From the NCBI GenBank assembly GCA_030603215.1, contig JAUVYF010000001.1:9257-73256 (forward strand): a DNA stretch of 64,000 bases, in the 5' to 3' direction. Under the pieces are notes generated by a model. It did not search any database. It saw only the letters and a list, made by a program, of their open reading frames with translations, and was not told where the DNA came from. The first letter of the stretch is position 1; the number at the start of each line of letters is the position of its first letter. Below, one piece after another: positions 1 to 9,187 of the stretch. The translations under genes were made by a program, and so were the position numbers. Source of the stretch: Candidatus Bipolaricaulota bacterium. Its GTDB lineage: Bacteria > Bipolaricaulota > Bipolaricaulia > UBA7950 > UBA9294.

Positions 1-1
1 C

Positions 2-475
2 AGTAGGTAGGCCACCTGAGTTGATGATCAGCTTCGAGTATTGGGTGATGTACCCGTTCTCGATCGAGTCAAAGTACGGACCGGGTGCGAGGTAAAACAC
101 AAAGTCACCCATCCCGCGTGCGCGGTATTCGGTCCGATAGGCGTCCACACTGATTGCACCGTGCTCAAACTTGAACAGCTCCAGCGTGTCAGTTAGGCTC
201 TTCTTTGTACCTTTGTGCAGTACACCGAACTCGACTGGGGCCTCCATGTCCATACTGGTCGGGTCGGCTCCCTTGCCAGTGTCGTGTTGCGGATCATCTG
301 AGTGGATGGCTCCAGTCGGATGGGTGAATATCAGCTGTAGTTCGAGGTTCTTCGAGTCCCCTTCGTTGAGGTAGTCGTCCGAGGGTAGGATCATCTGAAA
401 GTGCCCGAATGAGGTCAGGCTCAGCCCCACCACTGTCACTAGCGTCAACATCGATAAACGAGTCAATCTCTTCAT
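2..475 (-). CDS. DUF4198 (NikM/CbiK-like) periplasmic metal-uptake protein; 3' end runs off the window
   Basis: Own translation from ATG at 475: MKRLTRLSMLTLVTVVGLSLTSFG-HFQMILPSDD...LIFTHP. Signal peptide followed by the HFQMI motif typical of DUF4198; AAGGAGG RBS upstream. Confidence 0.75.
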   Translation of the reverse strand, partial: MKRLTRLSMLTLVTVVGLSLTSFGHFQMILPSDDYLNEGDSKNLELQLIFTHPTGAIHSDDPQHDTGKGADPTSMDMEAPVEFGVLHKGTKKSLTDTLELFKFEHGAISVDAYRTEYRARGMGDFVFYLAPGPYFDSIENGYITQYSKLIINSGGLPT

Positions 476-574
476 GTGCTTTTCCTCCTTACTTGTAACA
501 TCCGTTTTGTATGTTTCCATTCACGGTAGATTGGCGTTTTCGCTCTATTCTTCAACTCCAATCAATAAGAGTTT

Positions 575-1297
575 TCATTCCTTTTTGATTCCGTTACGGT
601 TACCGCCCCTCCCCACCGTCCAGCCAACGACGAACAACACCCCGCCGCAAAGGACGAGGAGCGCCAGGGCGATGAACGCCAACAGTGCCACGATGACCCA
701 CTGGACGGAATCCGCCGAACTGCCTGCTTGAGCGTTCGTTGTGCCCGGCATCCACGCAGGGGAGGATCCATCGGAAGACCAAGCTGTTGCCGTTGGGGCG
801 GTTGGTGTCGCCGGGGCGGGCAATTCGGGGGTCGCTGATGCGGATGGAGTCACGGGTGTAGATGGAGCGGTTGGTGCAGCGGGTTGCACGTTCGTAGCCG
901 GTGTACCATTCGACGGCGCGGCCTCCTTCGGTTCCTCGATTACGGACGGATAGATCCCTTCCTTGGTGACCACATGTCCCGGTCCGGCATCGAAGATCAC
1001 GTAGTACGGCCAAACATTGGGGATCGGGACACTCTCTACCGCGCCGTAATCATCCAGCTTTCCTTCCCACAGAATATCGCCGTCGCTATCCTCCAGTCTC
1101 ACCGCCATCCCCGATCCGCTCGATCCGTCCGAGAAAGCGCCTTCGATGTAAATCGTGCCGTCCTCGTTGTCTTCAATGTAAAGGAGTGGGGTGTGGGCAC
1201 TGGCGGAGACCGCAATAAGAAGGCATGCCAAGGCGGCGGTCATGACGATCAAGGCCTTTCGCCTGTTGCGACTCCTCTTATATTGGTACTGACCCAT
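575..1297 (-). CDS. Exported, membrane-anchored protein associated with Ni/Co uptake (CbiL/NikL-like)
   Basis: Signal peptide then HTPLLYIEDNEDGTIYIEGAFSDGSSG, a Pro/Ala/Thr-rich linker and a C-terminal TM helix; lies between a DtxR regulator and DUF4198. Confidence 0.55.
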   Translation of the reverse strand: MGQYQYKRSRNRRKALIVMTAALACLLIAVSASAHTPLLYIEDNEDGTIYIEGAFSDGSSGSGMAVRLEDSDGDILWEGKLDDYGAVESVPIPNVWPYYVIFDAGPGHVVTKEGIYPSVIEEPKEAAPSNGTPATNVQPAAPTAPSTPVTPSASATPELPAPATPTAPTATAWSSDGSSPAWMPGTTNAQAGSSADSVQWVIVALLAFIALALLVLCGGVLFVVGWTVGRGGNRNGIKKE

Positions 1298-1326
1298 TGT
1301 TTCCTCCCTACGGAAATCGTTACATT

Positions 1327-1342
1327 GTTAGTTATGCCTAAC
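1327..1342. promoter_or_regulatory. Putative DtxR/MntR operator GTTAGTTATGCCTAAC
   Basis: Imperfect palindrome GTTAG-N6-CTAAC upstream of the 575..1297 gene; similar copy at 1861..1876. Confidence 0.6.
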
Positions 1343-1369
1343 TTTCTTACTAAAAAAACTATTCTTCTT

Positions 1370-1840
1370 TCAGCTCCCCGCTCCTACCACGTTGGGATCA
1401 TGCTCCCCATGTTTGAGATAGTAAGAGAAGCCCTTGTGCCAGGCTGGTTCAGACTGCGGGCACGAGGTAAGAAAATCCACGAATTCCGAAAACCTCTCCA
1501 GGCTGGGCGGGCTCAACACATGCTCCATCCTGCAAGCGTCTTCTTCTGCTCTTTCTCGATCGATGCCAAGAATCTCTACTAGAAAGCGGTGCATGATCTC
1601 GTGGCGGTGGATGACGTCCTCGGCCACCCTGCGCCCCTCTACTGTAAGTTCAATGGAGGCGTATCGCTCATGTTGAACAAGCCCTGCTTTTGCCAGCTTG
1701 TTCAAGGCAGCGGATACGCTCGGCTTACTCACCTCGAGTTCCTTGCTCAGCTGAGTCACCCTTACGATGTTGCCGGCCTCGCTTAGCCGGCCTATCGCTT
1801 CGAGGTAGTCCTCCATGCTAGAGCTCTGTCCTGTGATCAT
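1370..1840 (-). CDS. DtxR/MntR-family metal-dependent transcriptional repressor
   Basis: MEDYLEAI...VSKPSVSAAL HTH; HRHEIMHRFL and EEDACRMEH metal-binding motifs. Confidence 0.92.
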   Translation of the reverse strand: MITGQSSSMEDYLEAIGRLSEAGNIVRVTQLSKELEVSKPSVSAALNKLAKAGLVQHERYASIELTVEGRRVAEDVIHRHEIMHRFLVEILGIDRERAEEDACRMEHVLSPPSLERFSEFVDFLTSCPQSEPAWHKGFSYYLKHGEHDPNVVGAGS

Positions 1841-1860
1841 GCGTCTCCTTGATCGTAAAT

Positions 1861-1876
1861 GTTAAACATGGCTAAC
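1861..1876. promoter_or_regulatory. Putative DtxR/MntR autoregulatory operator GTTAAACATGGCTAAC
   Basis: Palindromic GTTA-N8-TAAC just upstream of the regulator's RBS; resembles the 1327 site. Confidence 0.55.
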
Positions 1877-2413
1877 AATACTAACGATCCGGTTGCCTCT
1901 TGTCAAGGCTCCGGCTTGCAACCGACACCTCGCTAGAACTCATGAGGGGTTCGCGCGTTCCTCACCCAAAGCTGTGCTTATAGAGGATCGACTTCTGAAG
2001 ACCAAAGTCATCCTTTGCCCACCTCTTACAACTTGATATTTCCCTGTGGTTTTGCTACAGGGCCACGATAGCGGCATTCTGTCGCTATGGGAGATGTTGG
2101 CGGCAGTCTCCGTTCCACGATGGTGTCCAGACACGCCCTAGTAGACTACTTTCGAACTCGCTAGTTCCAAGAACGTCCCCTTGAGTTAGCCGAGTGGACA
2201 ACTTTGGAACTTTTGAGTGGCCCAAGGCAAGCGATCTTGAAGAGCTTATCATTGGGATCAGGGCATGACAGTGGGTACCGTAGGGTCCCTGGCTCCCGTA
2301 GAGGACTACTTTCAAACCCGGCACAACTTCTTCATTCCATCTAAGCTTATTGCTACCTGAAAGGTTAGATTACATATGCTCTCCGCGTTCCGCATCAGAA
2401 GAACTCCCTTGTA

Positions 2414-2521
2414 GCGAAACCAGCAGCTTCTGGAAGTCAGTATGTGCCTTCCTGGTAGGGTTCCATCCCTTAATCAAGATACAAGTCCCTTCAGAAGAGG
2501 CATTCAGGCACTGGCTCCCCG
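2414..2521. repeat. 108-bp direct repeat, copy 1 (element end joined inside mscS)
   Basis: GCGAAACCAGCAGC...CACTGGCTCCCCG matches 8966..9073 with about 4 mismatches by eye. Confidence 0.92.
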
Positions 2522-3195
2522 AAGAGACTTCGAACGCGCGTTGTCTTCAGCCCGATCCGCTCCACCGTGCCGAGCAAATCGTCAATGATGATGAAATCAC
2601 CGATTACAAATGGCTTATCCAAAACGATCAAAAGGGAACCAAATAGGTCACCGAGGACATTCTGAAGAGCAAGCGCGACGGCAATCCCGCCGATGCCCAG
2701 GCCAGCAATCAAAGCAGTGATGTTCCACGCCCATGTTGTCCAAGGCAAGGAGAAGAGTCACGGCCCAGAGGGCCGCTTGATGATAAATGCGAGTGCGGCC
2801 ATCGACGTGGCCGTGGCAGCGTCCTCTTCCAACTTCTGCTTGACGGACCGGGTGATTAGAAAAGACACGAGAGCCGTTCCCCAAATCCCGACTTGAATCA
2901 GCAATGTAAGAACTGCGATCGTACCGATGACACGGGTTGCCACGGCGGGAAGCGTGAGTACGAGTGACCCAGCGTAAAGCGAGATGGCTACCAAGAACCA
3001 GGGCCGCGTTCTTCCCAGAAGATCTGCTACCAGATCGTCAACTTCGGCAGCCGTCCGTTTGGCAAACTCGGCGAGACGGCGATGAATAAAACTTCTGAGA
3101 AGGTATAGGATTAACGCAACGAGGATGATAACCGCAGCGGCCAGAAGCCATGCCCATACCGGATTTCCGTAGAATACCTTGCTCAAGAACACCAA
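2512..3195 (-). pseudogene. Mechanosensitive channel MscS family, frameshifted and truncated
   Basis: Pieces in three frames (…AALAFIIK / ALWAVTLLLALDNMGV / NITALIAGLGIGGIAVALALQNVLGDLF…DKPFVIGDFI…ERIGLKTTRVRSL). Homology stops at the repeat. Confidence 0.85.
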
Positions 3196-3259
3196 ACCTC
3201 CCTTAAACTACTACGCGCAAGTAATCGACTCCAAAAAGTGTAACACCAATTTTCACTGC

Positions 3260-3520
3260 TCAGGACCTTTGTTCTCTTTCTGCTTCTACCTGTTTCTGCC
3301 AGGCTGCGTACCCTTCTTTCAGCTTCTCTGGGGTCGTGTTTGGGAATATCATCGCAAGTTTCTCTGCTACTAGATGACTCATAAGCAAGTATTCACCTCG
3401 CTCAACCATCCGAAGAGTTTCCAGAGTGACTCCTGCTTGTTCCGCAAATTCTTTCACGCTCAGATCCAGGGATTCTCGCAGTTCCCGGACCGGATTCTTC
3501 AAGGTTGCCATAGACAACAC
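3260..3520 (-). CDS. XRE-family HTH transcriptional regulator
   Basis: VRELRESLDLSVKEFAEQAGVTLETLRMVERG is a Cro/C1-type HTH. Confidence 0.8.
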   Translation of the reverse strand: MLSMATLKNPVRELRESLDLSVKEFAEQAGVTLETLRMVERGEYLLMSHLVAEKLAMIFPNTTPEKLKEGYAAWQKQVEAEREQRS

Positions 3521-3952
3521 CTCCCCCTTGCAAGATTGTTGTACCTACCTGCCCTCCTTTTCCAACATTGGTTTCACTATGTCTACCATAGATATTCATG
3601 GCCCCTTTCCTGCTTTATACGTATAGGGATACAAGAAAATCGCCTGGATTGCAAGGATCGTATTCCAAGGAAGTCACTCTTTTGAACACGGCCTCAACTA
3701 TAGATTGCATAGGAGAGTTTGTGCTTACCAAAGCAGGTAGCATGCTTTCTTGTCAGGAGTTGACAATGTCCTGTCAGAAGCCGATGTTGTAATTCTATTT
3801 GGCCGTAAGCGTGGCGACTTGTTGAAAAGGAAAAGAGAGCACCCTTTCGCATACCTCCTGAACTAATTGGAGAAGCTGTGGACCCGCTCTGGAGAACCTG
3901 AAGGCAGGCCAGCTGACGAAAAACAAACTGAAGAAGGAGCTTCATTTTTCAC

Positions 3953-4786
3953 CTACTTCACCGCACCGCTCGTAATTCCTTTGATGATGTATCGCTGAAC
4001 AAAGATAAACACGATCAGCAAAGGAAAGGTGGCAACGACGGTCAACGCCATGACACCGTTCCACTGGATGCTGTACTGTCCAAATAGTTCGGCGAGGCCA
4101 ACCGTTACTGGAGCTCTTTCCGGGCCTTTCGTCAGAATCAAGGCGAACATGAACTCATTCCAAGCCCTGATGAAGGCGAAGACACCCGTCCCGATGAAGC
4201 CCGCCCGGGCAAGTGGCGCAACAATCGAAAGCAGCGCCCGGGATCGACTGCATCCATCTACCAAAGCTGCTTCCTCCAGAGAAACTGGAATGGAGTCGAA
4301 ATAGCTCTTGAGTAGCCAGATAACAAGAGAAAGCGCGAAGGTCGTATCGATCAAGATCAACGCGAGATATGTGTCGTAAAGCCCGAGTGCTCGGGACAGA
4401 TTGAAATATGAAATCATCAAAATAGCGCCAGGGAACATCTGGAGGGCGAGAATCGCCAGCATCAAGGAGCGCTTGGCGGGTAGTCTGAAGCGGGAGAGGC
4501 CGTAGCCCGCAAGCGCACCAAGGAAGACACACAGCAGAGTGGAGGAGATTGAGATCAGATAGCCATTGAGAAAGTAGCGCAAGTATCGCTGTTGGGAGAG
4601 AACAGAGGTATAGGACTTAATAGTCCAGGACTGCGGCATCAGTTTCGGTGGATAGGTGAAGGTCTCCGGGTTCGGTTTAAAAGAAGTGAAAAAGCCAAAG
4701 ATGACCGGAAAAAGCACCGCAAGGGTGATCAAGGTTGTACTCGCGTAGAGGAGGAGGTGCTTGATGCGTTGCCTGTGGGATCTCAC
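3953..4786 (-). CDS. Carbohydrate ABC transporter permease (MalG-like)
   Basis: EAA loop LEEAALVDGCS; AWNEFMFA; multiple TM helices. Confidence 0.93.
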   Translation of the reverse strand: MRSHRQRIKHLLLYASTTLITLAVLFPVIFGFFTSFKPNPETFTYPPKLMPQSWTIKSYTSVLSQQRYLRYFLNGYLISISSTLLCVFLGALAGYGLSRFRLPAKRSLMLAILALQMFPGAILMISYFNLSRALGLYDTYLALILIDTTFALSLVIWLLKSYFDSIPVSLEEAALVDGCSRSRALLSIVAPLARAGFIGTGVFAFIRAWNEFMFALILTKGPERAPVTVGLAELFGQYSIQWNGVMALTVVATFPLLIVFIFVQRYIIKGITSGAVK

Positions 4787-5676
4787 ACAGCTGCCTCCTC
4801 TCGCCGGATGGCGACAAACACGTAGACCGAAATGCAGATGGCCATGATCAGTGCAATGACCACACCCACTGCGGACCCGTAGCCGAGTCGGAAGTTGCGC
4901 AGACCCTTTTCATACAGAAAGAAGCTGATCAGGTATGTGCTGCGTAGCGGCCCGCCCTTGGTCATCGTCCAGACGAGATCGAAATGGATAAAGGAGGTGG
5001 CAAAGTCGATCAGGATCACCGTCATGACGAGCGTACGCATCTGGGGGAGGGTGACGTAGATGAAACGCTGGATCCAGTTCGCGCCATCGACCCGCGCCGC
5101 GTCGTAGAAAATCTTCGGGATGGACTGCAGTCCCCCCAAGATGAGGATCATGTAAAGCGGGAAGTACACCCAGCTGTTGACGAGCATCACCGAGAAAAGT
5201 GCCCAACTGGAATCTCCCAGAAACGCAATCTGTCCGACACCGAGTTTACTGAGCCCGTAGTTCAAGGGCCCCAACGGTCGAAACAGGAGCCCCCAAAGAA
5301 GCGCCGCAGCAGGCGGCGAGAAGAGGAACGGGAGGATGAAGGCACCGCGGAAGAAATTTCGGATCTTGACGTTCGGCCAGCGGGCGTTGAGCAGCAGCGC
5401 AATCGGATAGGCGAAGCCAAGGTGAAGGGCAATCGAGCCGATGGTAAAAATGAATGTGTTGCGGACACTGATCCAAAAAAGAGGATCGGAAAAGAGGTGT
5501 TGATATTGCTTGAGACCCACGTATTGAAAGGCGCCTACCTGAGCCGAATACTCTTGGAAGCTTCTCTGAATGACCCTGAATAGCGGGAAAGCAATACTCA
5601 AGACGAGCAGCGTGAGCGCGGGGGCGAGAAAGAGAAATCCTTCCATATCATAACGGTCGCGAAACCGCCTTCGCAT
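4783..5676 (-). CDS. Carbohydrate ABC transporter permease (MalF-like)
   Basis: LQSIPKIFYDAARVDGA motif; MTKGGP; multiple TM helices. Confidence 0.93.
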   Translation of the reverse strand: MRRRFRDRYDMEGFLFLAPALTLLVLSIAFPLFRVIQRSFQEYSAQVGAFQYVGLKQYQHLFSDPLFWISVRNTFIFTIGSIALHLGFAYPIALLLNARWPNVKIRNFFRGAFILPFLFSPPAAALLWGLLFRPLGPLNYGLSKLGVGQIAFLGDSSWALFSVMLVNSWVYFPLYMILILGGLQSIPKIFYDAARVDGANWIQRFIYVTLPQMRTLVMTVILIDFATSFIHFDLVWTMTKGGPLRSTYLISFFLYEKGLRNFRLGYGSAVGVVIALIMAICISVYVFVAIRREEAAV

Positions 5677-5704
5677 GTGGCCTCTCTTCTTTTTGGTGGG
5701 AATC

Positions 5705-5740
5705 GCGGGGCAGGGAATTTTCTGTGATTACCTGCCCCGC
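5705..5740 (-). terminator. GC-rich hairpin between the binding-protein and permease genes
   Basis: Inverted repeat GCGGGGCAGG...CCTGCCCCGC; likely a stabilising or partial-terminator hairpin. Confidence 0.55.
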
Positions 5741-5759
5741 TACATGTGATTTGCCTTAC

Positions 5760-7037
5760 CTACTTGCCAGCGGTGACTATCGCGTTCCACTCCTCAGCCG
5801 CCTCGTCAAGCGCCTGCTGTGCAGGCTTGAGGCCCAAGAAGTACTGCTGAGCGTGCTCCATGATGACGCCGCACAGGTCGCCAAGTGAAGGCAGCGCTAT
5901 CCATGACCTTGACGCAGAGTTGGACACCATCTCCGAGTATGGTCCAAGCATGGGATCCTCGGCTAGCTCAGGAGCGCCGAGGGCCGCCGTGTTGGCCCAC
6001 GTCAGGGACCTCTCCTCGATCATCTTGGTGGCCACCTCGTAGCTCACTAGGTGCTCGAAGAACGCCCAGGCAAGCTCTGGATGCTCGGTCTGCGAAGAGA
6101 TCGCTACCCCACTTCCCGTAAGCAGGTACCCACTGGTGCAATCCTCAAAGGGCGGGGTAAACGCTACCTGTATGTCGGGATTGCGTTCAAGTGCCACGCC
6201 CTTCTCGAACGGGCCGCTCAGGATCATCGCCACCTGCTCGGCGGCGAAGAGCTCCCGGAACTCCTTCTCGCCGGTGGCAAGAGCGCCTTTAACGGTGCCC
6301 GGATACACCAGGTTCTCATCGAGCAGGCTCTTCCAGTACTCAAGAGTGCGCACCCCTGCTGGCGAGTCAAATCGGGCAAGCCCGTTTTCGTCAACCATGT
6401 GGCCTCCGGCCTGAATCAGTCGTGTCCAGAAGTCGTAGAGCATGAAGTGACAAGAGCTTTTCATCGCAAATGGAAGGGCGATGCCCCACTTCTTCGCAAC
6501 TGGATCGTAAAGCGTTGTCAATACCTCTCTAAGCTCCTCCCAGTCGGTAGGAGGTTCAACCCCCGCCTCCTCTAGTAGCTTGACGTTGTAGATGATCCCA
6601 TAGGAGTTTGTATAGAGGTAGGCCATGATGGCTCTTCCTTTGTAGTTGATAATCCAAGCGGGGCTGAATTGCGAATTGAACTCGTCGGAGGCGCTGGCTG
6701 CCAACGGGCCCAAGTCGGCAAGGAGACCGAGCCGATTAAACGCATCCGACCATGTTACCTCCATGCCCATGATGTCCGGGCAATCACCAGCCTGGCACAG
6801 GGTCAGAAGCTTGTCAGAGTACGAATCGTGGGGGGCAAAAAACGCCTTCACTTCCACATCTGGATGAGCCTCCTCAAACGTGTCGATGATCCACTCAACT
6901 GTGTCCTCTCCCCATTCTGGATCCCACCATTCGGCCCAGACCAGCTTCGTCTTCGCGTAACCCACCCCCAGGGTTGCGCCAACAAACAGGGCTAACACCA
7001 ATCCAACTGCTAAAACCTTCGCCAATTTTCGATTCAT
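5760..7037 (-). CDS. Sugar ABC transporter substrate-binding protein
   Basis: Signal peptide; FEEAHPDVEV and YNVKLLEEAGVEPPTDWEEL are CUT1 binding-protein motifs. Confidence 0.92.
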   Translation of the reverse strand: MNRKLAKVLAVGLVLALFVGATLGVGYAKTKLVWAEWWDPEWGEDTVEWIIDTFEEAHPDVEVKAFFAPHDSYSDKLLTLCQAGDCPDIMGMEVTWSDAFNRLGLLADLGPLAASASDEFNSQFSPAWIINYKGRAIMAYLYTNSYGIIYNVKLLEEAGVEPPTDWEELREVLTTLYDPVAKKWGIALPFAMKSSCHFMLYDFWTRLIQAGGHMVDENGLARFDSPAGVRTLEYWKSLLDENLVYPGTVKGALATGEKEFRELFAAEQVAMILSGPFEKGVALERNPDIQVAFTPPFEDCTSGYLLTGSGVAISSQTEHPELAWAFFEHLVSYEVATKMIEERSLTWANTAALGAPELAEDPMLGPYSEMVSNSASRSWIALPSLGDLCGVIMEHAQQYFLGLKPAQQALDEAAEEWNAIVTAGK

Positions 7038-7182
7038 TGATATCTGCCTCCTTTGACTGCAATTTGTGGTTCTTTGGCTCTCGTGGGCCTCCTTTTTAAT
7101 AAGACATCACCTCCTACGTACGTACCCGTCCATCATCGCTTATAAAAGACTTTCCAGCTTTGCCCAGCCACACGGAAGCGGC

Positions 7183-8202
7183 TTACGAGGTCTGTTCGAC
7201 GCCCTGTTCCTGCAGGTACTGGCCGATTACCTTGCATGGACATCGCCCCGAATTGCGGTACACCAGATGGGGCCGTCTTGTGTTGTAGTACACCAGCCAT
7301 CTGTTCAAGGCCGCTTGTAGTGTCTCTGTGACAGCGTAGGGCTCGCCCTGGAATACCCTGGGCAGAAACTCGCTGAGTACAATCCGCCGGAACCGATCGA
7401 CAAAGCCATTTGTTGAGGAACCCTCTCCTGAGGGCGTTGAGTGTTTGATACCTACAAGGTTTAAGTAGAACTCATAGGGGTGGGTCTCCTTACCATAGTA
7501 TTCTTTATTCCTGCCTGTGAAGATCGCAGCAATCTTAAGCCCTCTCTCCTTGTAGAAAGGAAGAACCCGATTGTTCAGGAGGAGGACTGCATGATCACTG
7601 GGCTTCCGCGTGTATAGACGTGCGAAGGCGTAGCTTCCATAAGTATCGACCACCACCTGCAAACGCACTGGGCCGAGCAAGCTACCCAAAGAGAAAGAAT
7701 CCTGGCAGAGAAGCTCCCCGGGACGTAAACTTTCGTTATGTCGCTCCCGGAAGCAAGGATTCTGTTGCTCTAACCACGCTGTCTGCTCGGGGGTAAGAGA
7801 AACGTCTGCTCCCAGTGCTTTATGTTCGAGCATTAGCCACCGATCCTTGCGTGTTCCCATTCCGTTGCGTCTCAGGATCTTCTGGATTGTCGGACCACTG
7901 ACTGAGAGTCCCAACAGCGATAAGTAGTTCGAGATTCGATAGCAGCCCCAGGATGGATGCGTCTGAGAAAGCTCTATGATTCTTTCGACGAGCGATTGGG
8001 GAGTTGTAAGTGGATGAGACTTATGGACAGAAGGGAGGTTCCTCAGTCCCTCCAAGCCATAGGCTTGAAATCGATGTTTATACTCGTAGAATCGCGGACG
8101 GCTGATCCCTTTCTGTTTGCAAGCTTTCGTAACATTCCCGAGAGCCTCAGCTAACTCCAGTACGGACAGACGAGATCGTGCCAACTTATCCTCGGCTCGC
8201 AT
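7183..8202 (-). CDS. IS481-family transposase-like protein with a degenerate DDE site
   Basis: RLSVLELAEALGNVTKACK...FYEYK HTH and integrase core (QDSF, VDTYGSYAFARLY, RVLPFY, TNGF, YNTRRPH). The TDNG motif reads TGRN and VERF reads VDRF. Confidence 0.85.
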   Translation of the reverse strand: MRAEDKLARSRLSVLELAEALGNVTKACKQKGISRPRFYEYKHRFQAYGLEGLRNLPSVHKSHPLTTPQSLVERIIELSQTHPSWGCYRISNYLSLLGLSVSGPTIQKILRRNGMGTRKDRWLMLEHKALGADVSLTPEQTAWLEQQNPCFRERHNESLRPGELLCQDSFSLGSLLGPVRLQVVVDTYGSYAFARLYTRKPSDHAVLLLNNRVLPFYKERGLKIAAIFTGRNKEYYGKETHPYEFYLNLVGIKHSTPSGEGSSTNGFVDRFRRIVLSEFLPRVFQGEPYAVTETLQAALNRWLVYYNTRRPHLVYRNSGRCPCKVIGQYLQEQGVEQTS

Positions 8203-8563
8203 AATAGCTCCTTCACCAAGTTAGTGTAAACAAAGATGCTTAACAAATCAAACAACTGGGACATGGCTTGCGGAGTGCATGTTTTGCCTCATTACATGCA
8301 TCAGTTAAAGTATAGAAGAAATGGGCAGTAAAAAAGAAGCCTCTCTTTCCAAATTGTATCGGGAGCTTAATAACCCTTTACACTATTACGCGTACGTTGT
8401 CTTGCTATTACGGGGGGTCGAGGTAAATAAGGTCAACGCTTTCATCGGGAACGTGCTCTCGTAGGATATTCAGGTTATCGCCAAAGTAGAGCTTCCGGTG
8501 TACCTATGTGATTCAGTAATGACCCCTGCAGAGTATGGCGGCCTCTTTAACGATGGGTAAACT

Positions 8564-8737
8564 GTGAGCATACTTGTTGAAGAACTAAGGAAACGCATCA
8601 AGGAGCAAGCTGCGAGTATTGAGCGTTTGAAGGGCGAAAACGTCTTTCTTCGGGAAAAAGTGGACCAGCTTCTTCCCCTTGCTTTACCACGCCCTCGGTG
8701 GGTTTGGTTCTCTTGGCTGAGAAGGCGAGGAGACTAG
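8564..8737 (+). CDS. Small coiled-coil protein or fragment (57 aa)
   Basis: Own translation VSILVEELRKRIKEQAASIERLKGENVFLREKVDQLLPLALPRPRWVWFSWLRRRGD; coiled coil with a Trp/basic tail as in some mobile-element proteins. Confidence 0.4.
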   Translation: MSILVEELRKRIKEQAASIERLKGENVFLREKVDQLLPLALPRPRWVWFSWLRRRGD

Positions 8738-8965
8738 TAGTTAGAGAGGTCCTTTACTCGCGCTGGCTGAGTCCGATTGAGAATCCAATATCTAAGCTCA
8801 ATGTAACCTAGACGTGTGTGGGAACTATCATCAATGTATAGGGTGAACAAGCGGGTTTCGTCTTATGGGAAGGACATAATCTGTGCCATCAAGGAACGGG
8901 AGACGGGGAACATTCTGGGGTAAGCGGTAGGGGAGGTGACTCTGCAACAACGGGAAACGATTATT

Positions 8966-9073
8966 GCGAAACCAGCAGCTTCTAGAAGTCAGTATGTGCC
9001 TTCCTGGTAGGGTTCCATCCCTTAATCAAGATACAAGTCCCTTCAGAAGAGGATTTCAAGCACTGGCTCCCCG
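8966..9073. repeat. 108-bp direct repeat, copy 2 (overlaps the tRNA-Asn 3' end)
   Basis: Matches 2414..2521; its last 10 bp are the tRNA acceptor 3' strand and CCA. Confidence 0.92.
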
Positions 9074-9139
9074 GGTAGGACTCGAACCTACAACCATTCG
9101 GTTAACAGCCGAGCGCTCTGCCAATTGAGCTACCGAGGA
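9064..9139 (-). tRNA. tRNA-Asn (GTT)
   Basis: TCCTCGGTAGCTCAATTGGCAGAGCGCTCGGCT-GTT-AACCGAATGGTTGTAGGTTCGAGTCCTACCCGGGGAGCCA; cloverleaf with encoded CCA. Confidence 0.97.
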
Positions 9140-9187
9140 ATATACCCCTATTCTATTCATTGAGTGAACTAGCGTCAACTAGAGCTG

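Noticed and set aside
1940..2410. Short minus-strand ORFs between the regulator and the repeat
   Set aside because: Possibly decayed coding sequence, but I could not recognise a family.
2512..2535. Second tRNA gene at the left repeat
   Set aside because: Only a T-loop and acceptor-like stretch is present; the upstream sequence is mscS coding DNA with no D or anticodon arm.
3953..7037. Sugar ABC operon lacking an ATPase
   Set aside because: Common: CUT1 transporters often share an MsmX/MalK-type ATPase encoded elsewhere.
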